In this document: positions 45,281 through 54,791 of the stretch, piece after piece
Layout: each line of letters opens with the position of its first letter
Position numbering within the stretch: the stretch's first letter is position 1
From: an uncultured delta proteobacterium
Lineage (GTDB): Bacteria; Myxococcota_A; Polyangia; Polyangiales; Polyangiaceae
DNA length: 64,000 nt
Direction of reading: 5' to 3'
NCBI GenBank assembly: GCA_963850305.1
Contig: CAWKKR010000007.1
Span: forward strand, 1,063,936-1,127,935
Program-made: the position numbers and the translations under genes
Notes under the pieces: generated by a model
Database searches by the model: none
What the model saw: the letters and a program-made list of their open reading frames with translations, nothing else
Told to the model about the DNA's origin: nothing

Positions 45281-46890
45281 GCGACGCTTTCGAGGAGCGT
45301 GTTCGAAGCTCCGGCTACACGCCGAAGGTACGGGAGCTCGCCGCGCTCTTCACCCTTCTCACGAGCGGTGACGATGAGCTGGCCACCCACGCCGAACGAG
45401 GACTCGCCCGGGTCGCCGACAGGAGCGCGCCGGCGGCGATGGCTCGCTTCGACACGGCCGAGCCTCCGCTCCGCGGACGCCTGTGCGCCCTCGTGGGACG
45501 CATCGCTTCCGAGCGGCCCGAGCCGGTTCTCATCGATTGGTTGTTGGTGCGGATCTCGGACGGAGATCCCAAGACGAGACGGCGCGCGGCGAGAGCCCTG
45601 GGCAAGATCGGCGGCGAGCAGGCCGAAGCCGCCCTCGTCGCGGCCTATCGTGACGACGTGTCGCCGCCGGACGCGCGCGCGTTCGCGCTCGCGCTCGGCA
45701 ACGCGGGCGGGCTCCGCGCGCTCGCGCGACTGCGCCGGGTCCACACCGAGGACCCCGAACTCGCGCGCATCGTGCGCGAAGCGTGTCTGAAGCTCGAGCG
45801 CACGGAGCTCCGCCGCGCGCCGGCGGCCATCGACGCGACGCGCGCGCCGCCGCACGCGGTCCCCGTGCTCCTGCACGTCCGGGCCGGCCTCGAGGAGATT
45901 CTGCTCGAGGAACTCGGCCCGACGGCGCACGCGCGGATCGCGGGCAGGGGACGCATCGAGCTTCGACTCGACGAGCCGCTCGAGCGCCTGTTCCGCGCGC
46001 GCACGTTCCTGCACCTCGGGTTTCCGCTCGAGCCCGTCGCGACCGACGGGGACGCCGCGGCCGCCGTGGTGCGCGCCCTGACGAGCCCGGAAGCGCGCGA
46101 CCTCTTCCGCGCCTTCACGACCGGCAAGGCCCGCTATCGCCTCGGGTGGGCGTCGGGCGGGCGCCATCGCAGCGCGACGTTCCGCGTCGCGGAGCGCGTC
46201 GCCGCCGCGTATCCGGAGCTCGTCAACGATCCCACCGCGGCGCCGTGGGAGGTCGTGGTCACGGAGAGAGACGGCAAGGAGGGTGGCCGGATCTACGTCG
46301 AGCTCTGGCCACGTGCCCTCGACGACCCGCGCTTCGCGTATCGGCGTCGCTCGCTCCCCGCGTCGTCCCATCCGACGATCGCCGCGGCGCTCGCCCGCGT
46401 CGGCGGCGTGGTTCCAGCCGACGTCGTCTGGGATCCCTTCACGGGAACCGGCACGGAACTCGTCGAGCGCGCCCGGCTCGGTCCCTATTCGCGTCTCTAC
46501 GGCACGGACACCGACCCGCGTGCGCTCGAAGCCGCGAGCGACAACCTGCGCGCCGCGAGCGTCGAGCGCACCGAGCTCACCCTCGCCGACGCGTGCACCC
46601 ATCGGCTACCCGAGCGCCCGTCCCTCGTCGTCACGAACCCGCCCTTCGGCAAGCGCGTCCCGGTCGGCGACGTCGCGCAGCTCCTCGACGCGGTCGTGCG
46701 CAACGTCGCGAACCAGCTCGCGCCCGGCGGTCGCTTCGTCTGGATCTCCCCCGTGCCCGCGCGCACCCTCGACGCTGCGCGCCGTCACGGACTGTCCCTG
46801 CGCCTGCGCCGCGAAGTGGACGTGGGCGGCTTCCGCGGCGAGCTCCAGGCGTTCACGGTCGTCGAGCGCGAGCGGCGCGGTCGAGCGTAG
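45277..46890 (+). CDS. HEAT-repeat protein fused to a THUMP-like / class I amino-methyltransferase (RlmL/Trm11-like)
   Basis: DPKTRRRAARALGKIG HEAT repeat; AYRRRSLPASSHPTIAAAL, WDPFTGTGTELVE, VTNPPFGKR. Confidence 0.8.
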   Translation: MSDAFEERVRSSGYTPKVRELAALFTLLTSGDDELATHAERGLARVADRSAPAAMARFDTAEPPLRGRLCALVGRIASERPEPVLIDWLLVRISDGDPKTRRRAARALGKIGGEQAEAALVAAYRDDVSPPDARAFALALGNAGGLRALARLRRVHTEDPELARIVREACLKLERTELRRAPAAIDATRAPPHAVPVLLHVRAGLEEILLEELGPTAHARIAGRGRIELRLDEPLERLFRARTFLHLGFPLEPVATDGDAAAAVVRALTSPEARDLFRAFTTGKARYRLGWASGGRHRSATFRVAERVAAAYPELVNDPTAAPWEVVVTERDGKEGGRIYVELWPRALDDPRFAYRRRSLPASSHPTIAAALARVGGVVPADVVWDPFTGTGTELVERARLGPYSRLYGTDTDPRALEAASDNLRAASVERTELTLADACTHRLPERPSLVVTNPPFGKRVPVGDVAQLLDAVVRNVANQLAPGGRFVWISPVPARTLDAARRHGLSLRLRREVDVGGFRGELQAFTVVERERRGRA

Positions 46891-46928
46891 GGAACTCCGG
46901 CACCGGGCGCGGCGGCTCGGCGGCTATC

Positions 46929-46990
46929 AGGTTGGGTGCCACCCCATCACATCTCAGCTCGCGACGTGACTGCTCCCCCCGGAACTCGCC
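46929..46990. repeat. Inverted, degenerate copy of the 18.3 kb intergenic repeat between convergent genes
   Basis: ggttgggtgccaccccatcacatctc is the exact reverse complement of 18369-18394. Confidence 0.75.
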
Positions 46991-47029
46991 GCGCTCGGCG
47001 CCGTGAAACGGCTGGAGAAGGACTCTCGA

Positions 47030-47977
47030 TTAGTCGCAAGCTCCGTAAGCGGCGGGGAGTAGGGGGTCGCTCGTGCACGATGTGCTGCTGGGGCAGGTGT
47101 TGCTGCCGGAGTGGCATACTTCGGCTCGCTTGACGATCTTGTCACTCGCACAGCGCAGGAGGCAGTGCAGATGTGTGTAGACGGTCTGGTTGGCTTGCAT
47201 CTCGGCGCAGCACACTTGATTGCTGAGGCAGTCCTCCGGGCCATCACACTCGGCGTTGATGGCCGTGCACGCGCCGGCGTTGCAAAAGCAGGAGCCTCCC
47301 AGGGTGCCGCCATAGCAATGCGGAGAAGGGGTCGGCCCGTAGCAGCAGTGTTGCAAGGATGTCGCGACGCACGCGGCCGTACCGCACGCGACTTCGCCCG
47401 CCGGCAAGCTGCTCTGTCCGCCACTCGAGAGTGCACCGCCCGTCCCCGCCTCGTTCTCGGAACCACCGAACCCGCCACGGTCCGTCGAGGCGTCGCGAGT
47501 CGCCGTGTTGCTTCCGCCGCGCCCCGCCGATCCATCGCCGTGCCCCGCGTCGAGCGAACCGCCGCTCCCGACCGCGCCTCCGGTGCTCGGCCCGATGCCG
47601 CCGCCACCGCCTGCGGTCGCGCCTCCACCGCTGGCCATGCTGCCCGCGTCCCGGTTGCCCGCGCCGCCGCCGCTCGCGTGACCTGCGTCGAACGCACCGC
47701 CGCTGCTCGGCCCGGTGCCGCCTTCACCGCCGGGTGATGGAGCGCCTCCCGACGAGGGCGAAGCACCCCCCGACGAGGGCGAAGCGCCGCCGCCGGCTCC
47801 CCCGCTTCCGCTCGTCGCTCCTGCGCCGAGGTCACCGCCCTCTGCGCCCGCGCCGAAGCCGGACGCGCCGGCGTACCCGCCCGTGTCGGAGCCGAAAAGT
47901 GAGCTGGACCCGCTGCTCCCGCATGCAGCAACGATCAGCGACGCAATCGAGAGCGCGACGCCACGCCGGAGTCTCAT
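47030..47977 (-). CDS. Lipoprotein with Gly/Ser-rich linker and Cys-rich C-terminal domain
   Basis: Lipobox VAAC; GGS linker; CDGPEDC...VCC motif. Confidence 0.78.
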   Translation of the reverse strand: MRLRRGVALSIASLIVAACGSSGSSSLFGSDTGGYAGASGFGAGAEGGDLGAGATSGSGGAGGGASPSSGGASPSSGGAPSPGGEGGTGPSSGGAFDAGHASGGGAGNRDAGSMASGGGATAGGGGGIGPSTGGAVGSGGSLDAGHGDGSAGRGGSNTATRDASTDRGGFGGSENEAGTGGALSSGGQSSLPAGEVACGTAACVATSLQHCCYGPTPSPHCYGGTLGGSCFCNAGACTAINAECDGPEDCLSNQVCCAEMQANQTVYTHLHCLLRCASDKIVKRAEVCHSGSNTCPSSTSCTSDPLLPAAYGACD

Positions 47978-48141
47978 GGCCCATCGATCACCCTATCAGG
48001 GTTCGCGATGCACCGATACGCGGGGGCGTGCCGTCCCGATATGTAAGACCGCGTTTGGTAACAAATGTTGGTGACGAACCCCGGGCGCGCCGGAGTCTGG
48101 GCCTTGGCGAATATTTCGCAGGTGTGCGAAACTGCGATGCG

Positions 48142-48516
48142 GTGGTGGATCGAAGCAGGAAAGGTAGGATACCGACGCAGCCCGAGACTCCGGCTGCGAG
48201 GGTGTCTTCGCGCCCGGCTGCGCCGAACTTCGAGAACGCGAAGACCTCGCCGATGCTGCCCGCCAGCTCCGATATCAGGAGTCTGGGCTCCGACGCCAAG
48301 AGTCTCCTCCCGAACAACGCGGGCCGCTACAGCCAGCGCCCAACGCCAGAGGCGGCCGGTCTCTCGACGGCGGAGCTGACGTTGCTCGCCGGTGTGCGCG
48401 CGCGAGCTCCTCGTCTCGCGGAGCTCATCTCCGAATGCGCGGATACGGCGCGCGTCCGTGAGGCTCTTCGCGAGCTTCACGAGCTTCTCACCGGAGGGCC
48501 GGCCCCGAGTCGTTGA
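48142..48516 (+). CDS. Small hypothetical protein
   Basis: Open frame filling the gap with a helical C-terminus (ELTLLAGVRARAPRLAELISEC...LRELHELL); start uncertain. Confidence 0.4.
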   Translation: MVDRSRKGRIPTQPETPAARVSSRPAAPNFENAKTSPMLPASSDIRSLGSDAKSLLPNNAGRYSQRPTPEAAGLSTAELTLLAGVRARAPRLAELISECADTARVREALRELHELLTGGPAPSR

Positions 48517-48592
48517 CGCCCGAAGAGATCCAGCCCTCGCGCCACCCGTGATACACAGGACCCCCTGAGTTTCTTTAGCGAAGGAGTCCCAC

Positions 48593-49198
48593 ATGCGTTC
48601 TTCGATGCCGTTCGCGATGGCCACGGTGTTGTTCCTGTCGCTGCCCCTGGCGTGCGGCTGCTCCGAGGAGAAGAAGACGGAGGCGGTTCCGAGCGCCGCG
48701 CCGGCTCCCACGCCTTCTCCCACGCCGCCGCCCGCGCCCGAGCCGCCGAAGGTGGAGAAGCCGTCACGACCGGAGAAGATCGACACGGAGGCCACGGCCG
48801 AGCGCCGCTCCAAGCTCGAAGCCGCCGAGCCCGATGCAAAGGGATTTCTCGTTCAGAGTGCTCTCGAGGACAAGCTGAAGGCGAACAAGTCCCTGAAGGA
48901 CAAGGACGCGGCCGTGAAGGCCCTGGACCGGCTCGCGCGCGGCAAGTGGATTCTCTTCGAGGGCCCCATCTCGAACCCGACGGACGCGGGCTTCGAGCTT
49001 GGCATCACGTACACGCCGCAGGTCAAGGGCGACATGATGGGGATGAGTCGCCAGTGGTTCCCGGTCTCGTTCTCGGACGTGAAGGGCTACGCCGCCGCCG
49101 ATTTCAAGCCAGGGCAGATGGTCATCGTGCTCGCGAAGTACACTGGCAAAGCGAAAGCCGGACCCGGAGAAGAGGCTGTTGCGACGAACCACTGGTGA
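48593..49198 (+). CDS. Hypothetical lipoprotein with Pro-rich linker
   Basis: AAGGAG RBS, lipobox LACGC, Lys-rich globular domain. Confidence 0.75.
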   Translation: MRSSMPFAMATVLFLSLPLACGCSEEKKTEAVPSAAPAPTPSPTPPPAPEPPKVEKPSRPEKIDTEATAERRSKLEAAEPDAKGFLVQSALEDKLKANKSLKDKDAAVKALDRLARGKWILFEGPISNPTDAGFELGITYTPQVKGDMMGMSRQWFPVSFSDVKGYAAADFKPGQMVIVLAKYTGKAKAGPGEEAVATNHW

Positions 49199-49281
49199 CC
49201 CTTTCCTGAAATCCCGCGCCGCGCGCGTTGAGCGCCGCCAAGGTCGCGGTCGCGAGTCGATCGACGGCGCGGCGGACTGAG

Positions 49282-51108
49282 ATGGAAGCGCCGGACGCCG
49301 GGGATCGCACGCGGATCGTCTTCCTGATCGTCGCGCTGCTCCTTGGTGGGTGCACCGCCGTGGTCGCGTCTCCGAGCGCGTCGCGGAGCGGGACCGTCGT
49401 GAAGAGCAACGTGCTCCGCGCGGACTACGCGGGGTCCGCGGCGTGCGAGCGCTGCCACGGGGCCATCTACGCGGAGTTCATGAAGTCGCACATGCACAAC
49501 ATGACGCGACTCGCGACGGACGTGACGGTGCGCGCGCCTTTCGACGGCCAGGTGTTCCACTTCAGGGGCGACTCGGTGACGATGGAGGACCACGACGGTC
49601 GAAGGTACATGCGCGTCGACACGAAGAGGTCCGGCGAGGAGCTCTTTCGCATCACCAAGGTCATCGGGGGGCACTACCGCGAGGACTACGTCGGGCAGAA
49701 GGTCGATGGCACCGACGCCGATAGCCGACCGATCTACGACGGGCACGGGGAAGCGGTGATGCCGGTGTCCTGGGTGCTGTTCGCGTCGACGTGGCGTTAC
49801 AAGGGCTACTCGGTGATGGTGCACGAGCGGAACCGCATCGCCGTGGGCATGGCGTGGCGTCAGACGTGCATCTTCTGTCACAACACGACGCCGCGGCTCA
49901 CGACCCTCTACGACGACCTGTCGCCCGAGGGCGGCGTGTATCAAGGCTCCGTGAGCGACCGGCTGCTCCCGCCCGATCGGACGTGGCACGTCGTTCCCAC
50001 GGACCGCGACGGGCTCGCCAGGGCCGTCTCGGACGAGGTCGCACTGCTCGGCGCCGCGCGTCCGACGGGCGATCTCGCGCAGGTGCTGCACGATGCCATC
50101 GGCGAGACGCGACGTCGCTTCGACGAGAAGAATCTGGTCGAACTCGGGATCGGGTGCGAGACGTGTCACAACGGGAGCAAGGAGCACGTCGCCGATCCCG
50201 CGACGCGCCCGACGTTCGCGCTCCGGAGCAACCTTCTCGCCGTCGTGCGACCTCCCGGCTCGCCACCGGAGCCGACGCGGGCGGAGCTGATCAATCGCAC
50301 GTGCGTGCGCTGCCACACCGTTCTCTTCAGTCAGTATCCATATACCTGGGAGGGCGGCCTGCGCGCGAAGGGCCCGGGGGGCAGTCAGATCAACTCGGAC
50401 GAGGCGCGCGACTTCATCCTCGGATCGTGCGCGACCGAGATGGCCTGTCCAACGTGTCACGACCCGCACGCAGGGAGCGACCCCAGGAAGCTCGACGCAC
50501 TCGGGACGGTCGCGGGCAACGGTGTGTGCACGAGTTGCCACGCGAAGTACGCGCCGGCAGCCGCGCTCGCGGCGCACACCCACCACTCCGTGTCGGGAGT
50601 GGGGAGCGCGTGTCTGTCCTGTCACATGCCGCGAAAGAACATGGGGCTCGAGTACCGCCTCACGCGGTATCACCGCATCGGTTCGCCGGATGAGGCCGCC
50701 AGGGTGGAAGGGGATCGTCCCCTGGAGTGCGCGCTCTGCCACGCGGACAAGTCAGTGGAGTCTCTCGTGTCGACGATGGAGCGCTGGTGGGGTCACCACT
50801 ACGACCGCGACAAGCTGCGGCAGCTCTACGGCAGTCTCCACGAAAACCCGCTGTACGCGACGCTCGCGTTCGGGAAGCCGCACGAGCAAGCGACGGCCGT
50901 CGCCGTGCTCGGGGAGCGCGTGGGCGCGCCGGCCATCGAAGCGATTTCGCGGCAGCTCACGAACCCGTACCCGCTCGTCAGATACTTCGCACGGAAGGCG
51001 CTCGAACGCGCGTCGGGGCGCGCAGTTCCCATCGACGTCGAGGCTGATGACGATGCAATCACCCAGGCCACGAGAGACTGGATCGCGGGGGCAAGCGGGC
51101 AAAGGTAG
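49282..51108 (+). CDS. Multiheme (8 CXXCH) c-type cytochrome lipoprotein with C-terminal HEAT-like helices
   Basis: CERCH, CIFCH, CETCH, CVRCH, CPTCH, CTSCH, CLSCH, CALCH; lipobox LLGGC; NPYPLVRYFARKAL. Confidence 0.9.
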   Translation: MEAPDAGDRTRIVFLIVALLLGGCTAVVASPSASRSGTVVKSNVLRADYAGSAACERCHGAIYAEFMKSHMHNMTRLATDVTVRAPFDGQVFHFRGDSVTMEDHDGRRYMRVDTKRSGEELFRITKVIGGHYREDYVGQKVDGTDADSRPIYDGHGEAVMPVSWVLFASTWRYKGYSVMVHERNRIAVGMAWRQTCIFCHNTTPRLTTLYDDLSPEGGVYQGSVSDRLLPPDRTWHVVPTDRDGLARAVSDEVALLGAARPTGDLAQVLHDAIGETRRRFDEKNLVELGIGCETCHNGSKEHVADPATRPTFALRSNLLAVVRPPGSPPEPTRAELINRTCVRCHTVLFSQYPYTWEGGLRAKGPGGSQINSDEARDFILGSCATEMACPTCHDPHAGSDPRKLDALGTVAGNGVCTSCHAKYAPAAALAAHTHHSVSGVGSACLSCHMPRKNMGLEYRLTRYHRIGSPDEAARVEGDRPLECALCHADKSVESLVSTMERWWGHHYDRDKLRQLYGSLHENPLYATLAFGKPHEQATAVAVLGERVGAPAIEAISRQLTNPYPLVRYFARKALERASGRAVPIDVEADDDAITQATRDWIAGASGQR

Positions 51109-51172
51109 TGAAGCCGGGGTCGTGGCGGCCGATGGGGCCCTGCCCATCCCGTCAGCTGAGCTCGCGGCCGTC

Positions 51173-51562
51173 TCACTCCAGCGACGTCTCGATGCGGATG
51201 GTGCCGCTCAGCGTCTTGTGGACGGGGCACTTGTCGGCGATGTCGAGCAGGCGACGGCGTTGTTCCGCGTCGAGGTCGCCGTCGAAGGTGATGGTGCGGC
51301 GCATGACGAACACTTTTGCGTCGTCGTGTTCGCCCGTGACCACGACGTCCACGCTGCGCAGGGGCCAGCCCTTGCGGTCGGCGTACATCTTCACGGTCAT
51401 GGAGGTGCACGCGCCGAGCGCCATCAGTAAGAACTCGTGCGGCGCCGGGCCCGTGTCGTCACCGCCGGCCTCTCTGGGCTCGTCGGCGACGAGGTGATGC
51501 GCGCCGACGGTGATGCGCTGCGCGTGCTTTCCGGTACCGGTCTGGACGTGTGCCAATCGCAT
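51173..51562 (-). CDS. OsmC family protein
   Basis: ADEP...GGDDTGPAPHEFLLMALGACTSMT...YA, IADKCPVHKTL. Confidence 0.92.
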   Translation of the reverse strand: MRLAHVQTGTGKHAQRITVGAHHLVADEPREAGGDDTGPAPHEFLLMALGACTSMTVKMYADRKGWPLRSVDVVVTGEHDDAKVFVMRRTITFDGDLDAEQRRRLLDIADKCPVHKTLSGTIRIETSLE

Positions 51563-52296
51563 GAGAGCCTTTCGTGTGCGGAGGTTAGAGCAGAATCCGC
51601 CCAGGCGCCGAACACGCTCGCACCGGTCGCCGAGGTCTCGCGGGCCGAGTCCCCGGCGCGAGCCAGGATCTCCGCGCCGTCGGCGCGCGCCACGGCGATC
51701 TCTTCCGCGAAGGCTCGCACCCAGGACTCGACCTGGGGCGGCGTCACTTCGAGATGAAAGAGGAGACCGTAGGCGGACCGACCGAAGCGAAATGCCTGGA
51801 GCGCCGTGAGCTCGGAGCGCGCGAGCGCGACTGCCCCTTCTGGCAGATCGAAGATGTCCCCGTGCCAATGGAGTGCCGTGAAAGAGTCGGGCAAGGCTCC
51901 GAAGAGCGCGTCGCCGTGCGCGCCGGGGAGACGCGTGACGGGGAACCAGCCGAGCTCTTTCCGCGGGCCCGGCGCGACGCGCGCGCCGAGCGTCGCCGCA
52001 AGGAGCTGCGAGCCGAGACACACGCCGAGGACGGGCGCACCGGCGTGCAGCGCGCGCTCGAGCAGCCGCTGCTCCTGCACGAGGTGTGGGTAAAGGTCGC
52101 CTTCGTAGACGCCGATGGGCCCACCCATGACGACCAGACCCGCGGCATCGCCCAGGTCCGTGGGAACCGATTCCCCCTGGTATATGCGCGTGATGTCGAC
52201 CCCGATGCCGCGCGCGGCGAGCAGAGACGCGATGCGTTCCGGTCCCTCGACGGCAACATGTTGAAGCACGCGAACGCGACGATTCCGGGGTGTCAC
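51424..52296 (-). CDS. Type 1 glutamine amidotransferase (GMP synthase-like GATase)
   Basis: LQHVAVEGP, VMGGP, LGVCLGSQL, HWHGD, FHLE; the open frame overlaps the OsmC gene by 139 nt, so the true end may be near 51585. Confidence 0.85.
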   Translation of the reverse strand: MTPRNRRVRVLQHVAVEGPERIASLLAARGIGVDITRIYQGESVPTDLGDAAGLVVMGGPIGVYEGDLYPHLVQEQRLLERALHAGAPVLGVCLGSQLLAATLGARVAPGPRKELGWFPVTRLPGAHGDALFGALPDSFTALHWHGDIFDLPEGAVALARSELTALQAFRFGRSAYGLLFHLEVTPPQVESWVRAFAEEIAVARADGAEILARAGDSARETSATGASVFGAWADSALTSAHERLSCDWHTSRPVPESTRSASPSARITSSPTSPERPAVTTRARRRTSSY

Positions 52297-52435
52297 GCGG
52301 CCGATGGTACAACGCCGCCGGGCGACGTCGACGGCGTTCCATCGTGTGCCGGGAGCCCCAGGTTGCCCCGATGTTGCGCGTCGAGCGATGGTCGGGACAT
52401 GCCGGATCGGCTATCGTTTCCGAGAGGTACATCCA

Positions 52436-53614
52436 GTGACGCGCCGGCGCCATGAGTCGTGGGCAGGGTGCGGGGCGAGCGTGCTGGCCCTGGTGCTCCT
52501 CGGCGCGTGCAGTCCCGCGTCGGGTCAGATCGGGCCGCATGGGGCCGGCAGCGGCGGCTCCTCCAGCGGCGGGGGGGCGGGCGGCGGAGGCTCGGGCGAC
52601 CTCACGGGTGCGGGTGGACTGCTGGCGATCGGCACCATCGGTGCCGCCGCTGCTCCGAACGACGGTGGCCTCGACGGCGCGAACTGCGGCAGCGTCTCCA
52701 TCGACACGAGCGTGGAAACGGTGACGGTACCCGGGAACGTGCTCATCGTGTTCGACCAGTCCGACAGTATGGTCGACGACTTCGGCACGGAGCCCAAGTG
52801 GCAAGTCGCGAGCGACGCGCTCGTGCAAGCCATCACCCCCGAGGAAGCGAACCTCACCGTGGGCGCCGTCTTCTTTCCGACGGCCGTCACGCTCGGTGGT
52901 CTCCTCCCGGGGGAATGCGACATCACCACCGTCGCCGCCATCGACGACATGACGGGAACGAATCACCAGATCCCGTTCCAGCCTGCTGCGCAGTTCATCG
53001 GTGCGTGGACGGCGCACTGGGCCGCGAACCCGCTGACGCTGGGCACACCGACCGTGGCCGGGCTCACGCGTGGAGATCAGGCGCTCAGCGCCGCGACCCT
53101 GACGGGCAACACCGTCGTCATTCTCGTCACCGACGGCGAACCCACTTGCGGCACGAACCAGGAGGCCATCGATCTTGCCACGAAGTGGAAGGGCGAGGGG
53201 ATCCCGACGTACGTCATCGGGCTTCCGGGCGCGGGAAGCGTGGGGCAAAAGGTCGCCACGCTGAGCGACATCGCCGCTGCCGGCGGCACGACGGACTACG
53301 TGCTGCCCTCGGACGCCGCGGACTTACAGCAGCTCTTCACGACCATCACTTCGACGACGGTGAAGCACAGCTTGAACGGGTGCAGCATCGCGTTCAACGA
53401 GAAGCCCGTCGATCCGAACAGGGTGTTCCTCGACGTCACCGAGGCGGACAGCGGTCAGCGATACAGCGTCCCTCAGGGCCCCGATGGGTGGACGCCCGCG
53501 CCCGACTGGTCGAGCGCGACGCTGAACGGCACCCTCTGCACCGACGCGACCGCCGGTCGCTACTCGAACATCGCATTCGGGTTTGGCTGCAACGACGCGC
53601 CCGTGCTGCACTGA
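52436..53614 (+). CDS. vWA-domain lipoprotein
   Basis: Lipobox LLGAC; MIDAS DQSDS, GTPT, VILVTDGEP, TYVIG. Confidence 0.85.
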   Translation: MTRRRHESWAGCGASVLALVLLGACSPASGQIGPHGAGSGGSSSGGGAGGGGSGDLTGAGGLLAIGTIGAAAAPNDGGLDGANCGSVSIDTSVETVTVPGNVLIVFDQSDSMVDDFGTEPKWQVASDALVQAITPEEANLTVGAVFFPTAVTLGGLLPGECDITTVAAIDDMTGTNHQIPFQPAAQFIGAWTAHWAANPLTLGTPTVAGLTRGDQALSAATLTGNTVVILVTDGEPTCGTNQEAIDLATKWKGEGIPTYVIGLPGAGSVGQKVATLSDIAAAGGTTDYVLPSDAADLQQLFTTITSTTVKHSLNGCSIAFNEKPVDPNRVFLDVTEADSGQRYSVPQGPDGWTPAPDWSSATLNGTLCTDATAGRYSNIAFGFGCNDAPVLH

Positions 53615-53620
53615 CCGAGC

Positions 53621-54748
53621 TCACTCCGTCGCGGCACATACCGCTGGCGCGCAGCCGCCGCTTGCGCAGACGTTGCTGATGCATTCGTTGTCGGCGGCGC
53701 AGGTCGTTCCCAGTTCGCCGAGGGTGCGGCATGTCGTGGACGTGGTGTCGCAGACGGTGCCGGGCGCACACAGCCGGTCCGTCGAGGTCTTGTCCGACGG
53801 CGAGTGCTTTGCGCACGCGGCGCCGTTTCCGGGGAGCACACTGCACGCGCCGGTGAGTGACGCCGTAGCGAGCAGGCAATACTGGCCCTGCGGGCATTCT
53901 TCCGGATACCCGATGTGGCACGCGGTGGTTGCTGGAGGCGCTTCGCAGGTGAACGCCACCGTTCCTCCGGTGACGGCGGTGGCCGCGCAGGAGAGCCCCG
54001 TCGCGCAGAACGTCGCGGTGGTCGGGTCGCACGCTGCTCCCGATGCGGCGCCGAAGGCGGCGGCGATGGTCACGCATGTGCCCGAGCCCCCTTGCGGCGC
54101 CCCCTGACAGGCGAGCTCCGGCGAGCACGGCGGCGCAGAGCCGTTGCACGCCTCGCCGGCGTCGGCGGGCTTCACGCACTTGTTCGTCGTGGTCGAGCAG
54201 ATGAGACCGTTCTCGCAGTCGTCACTCTGCTCGCAGTCTTGCCCCGCAGAGAGCAGCGCCGTACAGGTCCCCGGACAGACGGAAGCGGTCTTGCAGAACG
54301 AGCCGCTCGCACACTCCGAGCTCAACGAGCAAGCCCCGCCCGAGGGGATTATTCCCTTCGCGAGCGAGCCGCAGAGTGATGACAGGCGCGTGGTGAGCGT
54401 CGCGCATCCGGCGCTCTGGATCGCGCCGAGGCACGCGCTCATCTTCGTCCCGTCGTAGACGACGGTGCCTTTCGTGATGGCCGCAGGGAAAAGGGAGATC
54501 TCCCCCTCCTTCAGCTGCGCCGTGTAATAGGTGGAACAATCCTGTCCCTGGAGCGCCAGCGTTTCGACGGGTCCGAGACACTGGGTGAGCACGCCGCAGA
54601 GCGCACCCGCCAGGGCGGCGGGAGCATCCGTGAGCGGGGTGCCGACACCCGCGTCGCTGTTGCCCGAGCCGCCCGACGATGAGCCTCCGCACGCCGGGAC
54701 GCCGACCATCGCCGCGATGAGGACCATTCCGCCGAGAAATCTCGCCAT
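53621..54748 (-). CDS. Cys-rich repeat lipoprotein
   Basis: Lipobox VPAC; repeated G..C....C..G..C modules. Confidence 0.8.
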   Translation of the reverse strand: MARFLGGMVLIAAMVGVPACGGSSSGGSGNSDAGVGTPLTDAPAALAGALCGVLTQCLGPVETLALQGQDCSTYYTAQLKEGEISLFPAAITKGTVVYDGTKMSACLGAIQSAGCATLTTRLSSLCGSLAKGIIPSGGACSLSSECASGSFCKTASVCPGTCTALLSAGQDCEQSDDCENGLICSTTTNKCVKPADAGEACNGSAPPCSPELACQGAPQGGSGTCVTIAAAFGAASGAACDPTTATFCATGLSCAATAVTGGTVAFTCEAPPATTACHIGYPEECPQGQYCLLATASLTGACSVLPGNGAACAKHSPSDKTSTDRLCAPGTVCDTTSTTCRTLGELGTTCAADNECISNVCASGGCAPAVCAATE

Positions 54749-54791
54749 GGCCGCCGATGATACCGGAAGTCATGCTAGACGGACCAGGGCC

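Noticed and set aside
51424..51590. 139-nt overlap of the GATase C-terminus with the OsmC gene as a functional overlap or fusion
   Set aside because: The extension is not family-like and an out-of-frame TAA lies near 51585; a lost stop or single indel is more likely
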